This document shows, one piece after another, positions 53,062-64,000 of a stretch of DNA of 64,000 nucleotides. The number at the start of each line of letters is the position of its first letter. The first letter of the stretch is position 1. The notes beneath the pieces are model-generated. The model was not told where the DNA came from, did not search any database, and saw only the letters and a list, made by a program, of their open reading frames with translations. The translations under genes and the position numbers were made by a program. Origin of the DNA: Octopus sinensis (lineage: Eukaryota); assembly GCF_006345805.1 (NCBI RefSeq), contig NC_043007.1, forward strand, positions 52,886,001 through 52,950,000. Reading direction: 5' to 3'.

Positions 53062-54263
53062 TCTATTACATATGTGGGAAATTCTGTCTGTGGGTGTGTT
53101 TGTTTGTGGAGTTGTTAGCTAACCCCTCCTACATCGTTTTCTCAATTTTGATGAAACTTGACACATGAGTAGAACTCATGTCTGGAAACCTTGTGAAATA
53201 CTCAGATTATTGAAAAAATCGATAATAGAGCCCATGGAACAGATCCTTATAGCTACTACATATAACTAATATATTTTATTTAAATACTTAAGGGAAATAA
53301 CCCATAAAGCAATCAATACTTGATCCTCATGATCAGCAGACCTAATTCTGCATTTCACTACTCATAGTTTTGAACTGCTAAACCTTATCATTGCACTTTC
53401 TTGATTGGAATCTTAACCCTTAAAGATTTCATTCATACATTTATACACATACACACTTTTTTGTGCTTATATATACTGCATTTATATATTAGCTTTAATA
53501 AATTAGCCTTGATAAAATTAACCCTTAAAATGCTACAAAGAATAAGAGTACAAGTGGGTACTTCTACTTCACAAGCTGCTCTAATGCCACAACGGAAATC
53601 TCAAGCAAGTCTCTGATTCATTGTTTGATATTAACTAAATCAAACAATTATTCATCTATTCTACTTCAATATCTAAACAGTTATATATATTGATGTAATT
53701 AATTTAGACGCTGCATTAATAGACATTTTTTCAACATCTCCGAATAACTAAATGCTGGCAATGCATGCAAGGTTTTCAATTAAATTTCATCGCACTTTGA
53801 ATGCCCATAACTGATAATTCTGCATTTTTCCAGTTAAACATTTTCAATGACAGTAGACAAATTTTTGATTCCAGAACGTATCTAATAAGTGTGTTCCAAT
53901 CCAGCTTTTTCTCATGGACAGCTCTATGTTGGATGCTATAGAATTGGAAATCCAAAAAATTTATTCGTCTATGCACCCAATGGCAAAATCAAAAGCATTG
54001 AGTAACACAAGATTGAAATTTTGGAACAGAGATGCTCCTCCCTCCAGCAACCTCTCTCACCAACCTCCGAAAACCTCCCTCAACAACCTCCAACAATCTC
54101 TCTTGACAACCTCCCTCCTCCAGCTTACAGTTTTTTGTACTTTTTCATGACAGAAAGTACACCTTTTGTAGCAGTTATATCGAAATTACTTTTCTATACC
54201 ATAGTAATAAGGCATTTAAATAGAACATCTTTACCCCTGGGAATTACCAGGCACACCAGCTAG
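53062..54263 (+). mobile_element. Helitron C with helicase C-terminal remnant
   Basis: TCTATTACATATG start right after the B3 CTAG. 53898-54005 reads NPAFSHGQLYVGCYRIGNPKNLFVYAPNGKIKSIE*. Hairpin cctgg-gaatta-ccagg, then CTAG|T. Confidence 0.85.
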
Positions 54264-54585
54264 TATATACATATATTTATCTAGAAAAAATTAAGTTTAT
54301 ATATTAATTCAAACATAAAAGCTTATAAAATAATATATAGCATACATAATTTTCAAATTAATAAGAGGAGATAACTATTTTAGTATTTATTGCATCAGAA
54401 AAATGAAAATGGAAAATTTAATTAAATTGAAAAATTGATATTTGAAATAATATTAGGATAAGATATTATATTAATCATATTTGATATTATTCATTTGAGT
54501 GTGGGGGGAAAGGAAAATAATTATATAATCTTATCATATAGAACTACACATACCCATACATATATGTATGTGTGTATGTATATAT

Positions 54586-57500
54586 TTAAATTCCTACCCC
54601 ATCGTTCCCTGTTCGCGGTTGTTCATGTCGTGTCTCCCCTCTCTTTATCACTATGCCTCTCTCTCTCTCTATCGACTGTCACTCTGTCTATATCTCACTT
54701 TCTTTCGATTCCACCCACCTAGCCAATACGCCCTGCTTCCTACTCACCCTCTCTGCAACTCCCCTCCCCTATAAAAACCAATGCACACGGCCTGACCCTT
54801 TCTATCTGACTTCCATACCCTGGCTGTAAACACGAAACACGAACCTCAGGATGAAAAATAGCAGCTAAGCTCAAGCATTTCCTCACAACACATACCTTCA
54901 CTCATAGAAACTTATTCACACGACCACACAGCATTTCATCTCTAATCTTGTCTTTCTCCCTCATCTATCGGTCATCACTCTGTCTATTCAATTCCTACAC
55001 TATTTGTCTATCTATCAGTCTTTCCTGTCGCTTAAATTCCTACCCCATCGTTCCCAGTTCGCGGTGGTGCGCCCGCCCTCCCACCCCCTCTACCTGTACT
55101 GGAAATCCTTATCTCATCTCGTTTTCCTTTGCTTGTCTTCCATGAACACCTAAAGGCCTTACGCCAACACCACCCCTACTATATAAGGTAGTAACCATAC
55201 GGTGCAAAACATGATAGTGTAGTGTAAGCAGGTTGAACTTAAGATCATTGCTTTGCTCATGAATTCTGCCAAATGCGAGCTCTCTCTTCAGGTACATGAC
55301 GCCACTGCTCCCTGTCCCAGGGTCTCTAGGGCCCATACCTCCCACACCATCAGGGTTGGCACTCTCAACATTGGCACACTGAAAGGTAGGTCTGGTGAGA
55401 TTGTTGAGAGGCTTGAACGGAGACGTGTTGATATATGTTGCATCCAAGAAGGAAGGTGGAGAGGAGGTTCTGCTAGGTTCCTCACAGGCAAAGAACACAA
55501 GTACAAGATTTTCTGGGCACGGAACACTGACGGGGTTGGAGGTGTGGGTATACTTCTCGCTGAAAAATGGGTAGATAAGGTAACTGAGGTAATCAGAGTA
55601 TGTGACAGAATACTTAAGATTAGATTAGTGCTTCATCATGGATTAGCAACCATTATGTCAGCCTATGCCCCTCAGCCAGGGCTACCCGATGGACAGAAAG
55701 ACAGATTCTATGATGCCTTACTGCAGACTACCTCATTGACAAACGACAGAGACCTTCTCTTTGTGGCTGGTGATTTCAATGGGCATGTTGGAAAACATGT
55801 TGGGGGCTTCCATGGTGGCCATGGAAGCTATGGTTATGGTTCCCGCAACGAGGAGGGAACCAGGCTGCTGGAGTTCTGCGATGCAAATGATCTTATGGTT
55901 TGCAACACTAACTTCAGGAAACCTACCAGCCACCTAGTCACCTACCGATCGGGTCGACATACCAGCCAAATTGGCTACATCCTTGCCAGGAAAAGGGAAA
56001 GATGGCTGCTTATAAATGCCAAAACCTTCCCAAGCGAAGAATGTAACCCACAAAATAGACTGGTAGTTAGTGACTTTAGAATCAGGACTAAGAGGACGAC
56101 CAGAAGACGACCAACATGGAGAAGAAAGATCTGGAAGCTTAAAGATGGACAGAGATTTAGGGACATATTACTTGAAGCCTTTGACAAAGTAGAAGGGGAT
56201 ATAGCTTCACATGGGGTAGAAGACAACTGGAGGATTCTAGGGGATAACCTGCTGAGAGCCTCTGACCAGATCTGTGGCTGGTGCCAAGTCCCCTCTCGAC
56301 CTAAAATAACGTGGTGGTGGAACAATGTTGTAGACAGGGCTATTAGACAAAAGAAACAGGCTTAGAAGGACTGGAAGAATGGGGGTAGCAGGGAATTGTA
56401 TCAGACTTCCAAAAGAGAAGCTAGGAGACAGGTTTATTTAGCTAGAAGGGAAGCAGATAAGAAAAAATCTGCCAATGTTCTGCGCCGTGAGGACCAAAGA
56501 CTTGAGGTATTTCACGTTGCAAGATAGTGTGTGAGAGAGAATCGTGATGTGGTAGGAGAGAAATGTGTTCGCATGGATGATGGTTCACTTGCTCTAAATG
56601 AGGATGCAAAGAGAGAGGTTTGGAGATGCCACTATGAAAGGTTGCTGAATAAAGAAAATGAATGGGATAAAGAGAGTCTGCCGAATGTCGACCCAACAGA
56701 GGGACCAGCTATCCGAGTTGACAGTTCCCTGGTAGTTAAAGCAATTAGAAGCATGAAGACAGGGAAAGCCCCAGGCCCATCAGGAATTACTGCAGAGATG
56801 CTCAAAATATCTGGTAGTGTCGGCTATAGCCTAGTTACCCGTATAATTAACCAGGTGATACATAAAGGAGTCATACCCAATGACTGGTGTAGCAGTACCA
56901 TAGTCAACTGCTACAAAGGTAAAGGTGACACCCTAGATACAAATAATTACAGAGCTATCAAGCTGTTGGATCAGGTAATGAAGGTTACAGAGAGGGTCAT
57001 AGCCCAACTAATTAGAGAGAGAGCTAGTTTAGATGAGATGCAGTTTGGATTCGTGCCAGGGAAAAGCACCACTGATGCCATATTTCTGGTAAGACAGTTG
57101 CAGGATAAATATCTAGCCAAAGATAAGCCCTTGTACCTGGCTTTCTTTGACATGGAGAAAGGCTTCGACAAGTTCCCCCAATCCCTTATCAGGTGGTCAA
57201 TGAGGAAACTAGGGATAGATGAATGGTTAGTGAGAGCTGTGCAAGCCATGTACAGGGACACTGCTAGTAAGGTGATGGTTGGCAACGAGTACAGTGAAGA
57301 ATTCCAGGTAGAGGTTGGGGTCCACCAAGGCTCAGTCCTCAGCCCTCTCCTATTTATCATAGTCCTCCAGGCAATAACGGAGGAATTCAAGATAGGACGC
57401 CCCTAGGAGCTCCTCTACGCTGATGACCTTGCTCTAATTGCTGAGTCACTATCAGAACTGGAGGAGAAATTTCAGGTGTGGAAGCAAGGATTAGAATCGA

Positions 57501-58828
57501 AGGGCCTTAGAGTCAACCAAGCTAAAACCAAAGTCCTAATAAGTAGGAAGGTAGGCAAGTCACAAATGCCTTCAGGTAGATGGCCCTGCTGATCTGTAGA
57601 AAAGGTGTAGGTAGAAACTCTATAAGATGCACCAAGTGTAAGCTATGGACACATAAGAGGTGCAGCAACGTCAAGGGAAGGCTAACTAGGTAGATAGTTT
57701 TTGTATGTGGCAGATGCTCAGGAGCAATAAACACTGAAAATGCGCAGAGAGCAACTTCCACTACATTCTAGGGACAAAAACTAGAAATAGTTGATAGCTT
57801 CTGTTACCTAGGTAACCAAGTCAGTAGCGGGGGCGGGTGTGTTGAAAGTGTAACTGGTAGAGTAAGAATAGCTTGGGTAAAGTTCAGAGAGCTCTTACCT
57901 CTGGTAGGGACAAAAGGCCTCTCGCTCAGAGTAAAAGGCAGTCTGTATGATGCATGTGTACAAACAGCCATGCTACATGGTAGAGAAACATGGGCCGTGA
58001 CTGCTGAGGATATGCTCGCAAGAAATGAAGCCAGTATGCTCCGATGGATGTGTAATGTCAGTGTTCATACTCGACAGAGTGTAAGTACCTTGAGAGAGAA
58101 GTTGGACCTAAGAAGCATCAGTTGTGGTGTGCAAGAGAGATGTTTGCACTGGTATGGCCATGTGGCGAGAATGGATGAAGATAGTCGTGTGAAAAAGTGC
58201 CACACCCTATAGCTGTTGAGGGAACCTGTGGAAGAGGTAGCCCAGGAAAACCTGGGATGAGGTGGTGAAGCACGACCTTCGAACTTTAGGTCTCACCGAG
58301 GAAATGACTAGAGACCGAGACCTTTGGAAGTATGCTGTGCATGAGAAGACCCGGCAGGACAAGTGAGACCATAACCCATGGCCTCAGTCCACTTATGCAT
58401 ACCTTTCCTTTTTGGGACACAAAACTCTACTTGTGAAGACCTGTTGAGGCAAGTGAAAATCAAAATCAACATCAAAATCGATCAACATTAATGGAAATTG
58501 TAGCTGTGATACCAGTGCCGGTGGCACATAAGAGAACCATCCAAATGTGACTGTAGCCAGCGCTGCTACGACTGGCTTCCGTGCCGGTGGCACGTAAAAA
58601 GCACCATCCGGTCGTGGCCGTTTGCCAGCCCCATCTGGCCTCCGTGCCAGTGGCACGTAAAAAGCACCCACTACACTCATGAAGTGATTGGTGTTAGGAA
58701 GGGCATCCAGCCATAGAAACATTGCCAGATCAGACTGGGCCTGGTGCAGCCTTCTGGTTTCCCAGACCCTAGTTGCACCATCCAACCCATGCCAGCATGG
58801 AAAGCGGACGCTAAACAATGATGATGAT
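54586..58828 (+). mobile_element. Near-full-length RTE-clade LINE
   Basis: Putative 5' UTR, endonuclease-RT ORF, about 460-bp 3' UTR and (GAT)n tail. The 5' boundary is uncertain. Confidence 0.9.
55259..58366 (+). pseudogene. RTE polyprotein (AP endonuclease plus reverse transcriptase), disrupted
   Basis: VGTLNIGTL, DICCIQE, GDFNGHVG, NYRAIKLL, QGSVLSPLLF, LLYADDL. In-frame TAGs at 56363, 56525 and 57404. Frameshift near 57588. Confidence 0.92.
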
Positions 58829-59027
58829 ATATATACGCATACACACATACATATATATACACACACGTACATATATATATATATACACACACACATATAC
58901 ATATATATATACATACATACATACAGACACACACAAATCCATATTTACCTACATATAGACCCCCATATATACATATAGATCCATATATATATGCATATAT
59001 ATACCCACATATACATTTATGCATACA

Positions 59028-59419
59028 CTAGCAGTATCGCCCGGCGTTGCTCGGGTTTGTAAGGGAAATAACTATAAAGCCTTTTTAGAGAGTTATAGCC
59101 AAAAAATAGCAAAAAAAATGGAAAAAAAATTATGGTAAATTTTTTTTTGAGAGTTAAAAAGGTCGATTTGCGTCCCCTAGACAGTCTGCGATTTGTGTTT
59201 CTGATTCTCGAGCCCATGTCGAATTTATCGATTTTTTTCAGAACTGGGGGAACTTTTCAAAATTTTCGCTGCGTTAGTTTTGAATTATGACATTGGGCTA
59301 TGTGTGTGTCAAGTTTCATCAGAATCGGTTGAAAGCCGTGGTCGGTGTGAGGGTACAACCTAACAGACACACAGACACGCAGACAGACAAACTGCCGTTT
59401 ATATAGAGAGAGATATAGA
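59028..59419 (-). mobile_element. Complete non-autonomous Helitron D (about 390 bp)
   Basis: Minus strand starts A|TC...TATATAAACGGCAGTTTGTCTGTCTG and ends cccgagcaacgccggg-cgatactg-CTAG|T. The 5' end could be 59413 or 59419. Confidence 0.85.
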
Positions 59420-60177
59420 TATATATCTCTACACATATATAAAAATAAACAAATATACAGATATACATACTCCTACACATAAATATATATACATGCATAC
59501 ATACATATATAGACCTACATATACCTTCATTATATTTATATCTATATACCAATATTGATACATTGGGGAAACATGGATTATTTAAGAATTATCTTTTAAT
59601 TTTTATTATAAAAATTTATATTTTTGTTAACTCATAGTTGAAGTTAGCTATTATTAGGTATCACTATAGAAGCATATAATATATATATAAATATATGTAA
59701 AATAAAAGGAAAATGCACAAACTTTACATAGTTCTAATACATTTTTTAATATATTTTATATTGTGTTTGTCAACCAGTTTCACTTTCGCTGATCATGACA
59801 TTGAACTTATTGATTTTTCGTATTTTCTTAAGATTTTAGTCTACGTGTGTAGATAAGTTTATGATTGTTTGGACAAGTAGAAAAATCTAAGGGGAGGTAA
59901 TTGGTGATCATTATTATTGGGGACAAGGGAAGTAATTGTTCATTTTCAGGAAGGGGATAAATATACACAACTCAAAAAGTGTGTGCATTTTCATTTTTGT
60001 ATTTTATATGTATATTTTTTTGGATTAGAACTCACCACATGGGGATAATTGAAATTCCTCTCTTTGTGTTGCTATATATATATATATATATATGGATCTT
60101 TACCCTTTGAAAGGACAGATCGAGAAATTAATTTTTTGTAACTAAACACTCTCAAACTTTGGACACTGGTAGAATGT

Positions 60178-60901
60178 GTCATATAAAACATCTTTTACTC
60201 TTAGTGTTGTTGAGAAAAGTTTGTATTTTCAAAGTTATTTTGTGTTAAATTTGTCGTATTTTGGTAATTTCAACCACTGAATGTGTATTCAGCTGAATAA
60301 AATTACTACTATTGTTTGTCAACAACAACTTCCAGCGGTGTATATTTCGTTTGTCACTGTTATTTTATGGCATATTTCATCTCGGTTACATTTGTATGAA
60401 TAAATGAGTGTATCTGAAGCATGTTTACTTCATGGCACCACCACAATCGTTCATGCATTTCTACTGCTTTTAGTTTTTTCTCTCCTGTTTTTCAGCTACT
60501 ATTTTTGGAAAGACGTTTTCCCCCATCCCTCCCCCTCAAATTACTTCGTTTTTCACTTTTTTCCGCAACTCTAACCCTAAAATCCCAATTCTAACCCTAA
60601 AACCCCAACCGTAAACTTAACCCTAAACCCCAACCCTAAAACCCTTATCCTAACACTAAAACCCTAACCCAAACACTAAAACCCTAACCATAATCCTAAA
60701 ACCCTAACCCTAAAACTCTAGTGACAAATGAAATACACACCGCCAATAGTTGTTGCTGACAAACAATGGCAGTAATTTCATTCAGCTGAATACACATTAT
60801 TGATTGGTTGAAATTACCGAAATACGACAACTTTAACACGAAATAACTTTGTAAATATAAACTTTTCTCAACAACACTAAGAGTAAAAGATGTTTTATAT
60901 G

Positions 60902-60906
<5 letters not shown>
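60178..60906. mobile_element. Foldback/MITE-like element with about 180-bp inverted arms enclosing telomere-like repeats
   Basis: 60178-60358 is the inverse of 60720-60906. Degenerate CCCTAA/CCCTAAAA units at 60570-60715. Confidence 0.7.
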
Positions 60907-60938
<32 letters not shown>

Positions 60939-60957
60939 TATACATACATATACATAT

Positions 60958-60993
<36 letters not shown>

Positions 60994-61049
60994 CATACAT
61001 TACATATATATATATATATATTACATACATATACATAATATATACATAC

Positions 61050-61092
<43 letters not shown>

Positions 61093-61498
61093 CATATACA
61101 TATATATACATACATATACATTATATATATTATATATATAATACATACATATACATATATATACATACATATAATATATATATATATATCTATATATATA
61201 CATACATATACATATATATACATACATATACATATATATATATATATATAATATATATATCATACATATACATATATATACATATATATATATTATATAT
61301 ATACTATACATAATATACATATATACATACATATCATATATATATATATATATATACATATACATATTATATATATATAATATTATATATATATATAATA
61401 TATACATATACATTATACATATATATATATATATATATATTATACATACATATACATATTATATATATATAATATATATATATATATATAACATACAT

Positions 61499-61531
<33 letters not shown>

Positions 61532-61743
61532 ATATACATATACATATATATATATAGATATATATATACATACATATACATATATACATATATATATATA
61601 TACATATATATATATACATACATATACATATATATATATATTATATATATATATAATACAATACATATACATATACATATATATATATTATATACATACA
61701 TATCATATATATATATATATATATATACATCATATACATATAT

Positions 61744-61777
<34 letters not shown>

Positions 61778-62101
61778 CATATATATGTATATATATATAT
61801 AATACATACATATACTATATATATATATATATATACATACATATACATATATATATATATATATACATACATATACATATATATATATTATATTATATAT
61901 ATATATATATACATACATATACATATATATATATATATATATAACATCATAACATATTATATATATATTATATATACATACATATCATATATATATATAT
62001 ATAGATATATATATATACATATATATATATACATACACATATACATATATATATTATTATATATATACATACATATACATATATATATATATATATACAT
62101 C

Positions 62102-62164
<63 letters not shown>

Positions 62165-62266
62165 CATACATATATATATATATATATATAATACATACAT
62201 ATAATATATATATATATATATATATTATACATATATATATCATATATATATATATATATATACATA

Positions 62267-62312
<46 letters not shown>

Positions 62313-62326
62313 CATATATATGTATG

Positions 62327-62368
<42 letters not shown>

Positions 62369-62427
62369 GTATGTATATATATATATATATAATATATATA
62401 TATACATATACATATATATGTATGTAT

Positions 62428-62461
<34 letters not shown>

Positions 62462-62464
62462 GTA

Positions 62465-62512
<48 letters not shown>

Positions 62513-62530
62513 TATATATAAATATATATG

Positions 62531-62576
<46 letters not shown>

Positions 62577-62630
62577 ATATATATAAATATATATATAATT
62601 ATATATATATACATATACATATATATATAT
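60895..62630. repeat. About 1.7-kb compound (TA)n/(TACA)n microsatellite
   Basis: Directly visible. Source of all the YI/YM-repeat ORFs. Confidence 0.97.
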
Positions 62631-62631
62631 C

Positions 62632-63939
62632 ATCATCATCATTTAGCGTCATTTTCCATGCTAGCATGGGTTGGACGGTTCAACTGGGGTCTGTGAAGCC
62701 GAAAGGCTTCATCAGGCCCAGTCAGATCTGGCAGTGTTTCTACGGCTGGATGCCCTTCCTAACGCCAACCACTCCGTGAGTGTAGTGGGTGCTTTTTACG
62801 TGCCAACCGCACAGGTGCCAGACAGAGCTGGCAAACGGCCATGAACGGATGGTGCTTTTATGTGCCACCGGCACGGGGGCCAGGCGGGGCTGGCAACGGA
62901 CACGAACGGATGGTGCTTTTACGTGCCACCGGCACGGGGGCCAGGCAAGGCTTGCAGCGGACACGAACGGATGGTGCTTTTACGTGCCACCAGCACGGAG
63001 GCCAGACAGGGTGGCGCTAGCAACGACCACGATCGGATGGATCGCTTAACCACAGCTGCAATTTCCACTGATGTTGATCGACCTCAATTTTGGTTCTGCT
63101 TTCTGATATCTGATTTGATTTGGTTTGATTTTGATTTTGACTGTTCTCACTGGTCTTGCCGGGTCTTCTCACGCACAGCATACTTCCATAGGTCTCGGTC
63201 TCTAGTCATTTCCTTGGTGAGACCTAAAGTTCGAAGGTCGAGCTTCACCACCTCGTCCCAGGTTTTCCTGGGTCTACCTCTTCCACAGGTCCCCTCAACT
63301 GCCAGGGTGTGGCACTTTTTCACACACCTATCTTCATCCATTCTCGCCACATGACCATACCAGCGCAATCGTCTCTCTTGCACACAACAACTAATGCTTC
63401 TTAGGTCCAACTTTTCTCTCAAGGTACTTACACTCTGTCGATTATGAACACTGACCTTACACATCCATCGGAGCATACTAGTTTCATTTCTTGCGAGCTT
63501 ACGCAAATTCTCAGCAGTCACAGCCCAAGTTTCACTACCATGCAGCATGGCTGTACGTATACATGCATCATACAGTCTGCCTTTTACTTTAAGCGAGAGG
63601 CCTTTTGTCACCAGCAGGGGTAAGAGCTCTCTAAACTTTGCCCAGGCTATTCTTACTCTAGCAGTTACACTTTCAGCACACCCGCCCCCACTACTGACTT
63701 GGTCACCTAGGTAGCGGAAGCTATCAACTACTTCTAGTTTTTCTCCCTGGAACATGGTAGAAGTTGATCTCTGCATATTTTCAGAGTTTATTGCTCCTGA
63801 GCATCTGCCACAGATAAAAACTATTTTCCTAGTTAGTCTTCCTTTGACATTACTACATCTCTTATGTGTCCATAGCTTACATTTGGTGCATCTTATAGAG
63901 TTTCTACCTATGCCTCTTCTACAGATCGAGCAGGGCCAT
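62632..63939 (-). mobile_element. 5'-truncated, well-preserved RTE LINE 3' portion
   Basis: Open frame 63147-63776 (KLEVVDSFRYLG...RRLRWYGHV...RGRPRKTW), 3' UTR with 60-nt units, (GAT)n tail. (TA)n on both sides. Confidence 0.92.
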
Positions 63940-64000
63940 ATATATATAATATATATTTTTATTTTCTAGGTTAATATCATCATTAGAAATCTTATTTGGC

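Noticed and set aside
16030-57406. APOBEC-like G-to-A hypermutation (several TGG to TAG changes in RTE copies)
   Set aside because: Stops are what the eye catches and AT-biased decay explains them. It would need a context-specific mutation count against the consensus.
60570-60715. True telomere or chromosome-fusion site
   Set aside because: Short, degenerate, single orientation, and enclosed in inverted arms of a repeat.
60696-62779. Many YI/YM-rich ORFs
   Set aside because: Translations of the (TA)n/(TACA)n microsatellite.
36339-64000. Further upstream VPS54 exons
   Set aside because: None recognised by eye. They may lie beyond the window or be too divergent, so whether this region is intronic is unconfirmed.

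Overview
AT-rich eukaryotic genomic DNA, most likely Octopus. That assignment is an inference from the SINE/RTE repertoire as I remember it. There is no prokaryotic content and no CRISPR. The only host gene I can support is VPS54 (GARP complex subunit) on the minus strand. Four small internal exons (36175-36338, 14225-14357, 10250-10381, 822-871) have GT-AG boundaries and splice into one continuous reading frame. The ORF track shows only part of one of them. Most of the rest is transposon-derived: many RTE-clade LINE copies including a near-full-length one (about 54.6-58.8 kb), tRNA-derived SINEs, four Penelope-like relics, a Gypsy pol relic, three Tc1/mariner elements plus a fragment, a piggyBac derivative nested in a LINE, and long (TA)n tracts. 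Two less obvious layers stand out. One is a head-to-tail stack of non-autonomous Helitrons at 48.8-54.3 kb that carries a captured LINE tail and a helicase remnant. The other is a set of minimal hammerhead-ribozyme motifs, three of them in 190-240 bp mini-elements embedded in (TA)n. Names come from remembered family motifs, not database searches. Boundaries of degraded elements are approximate.
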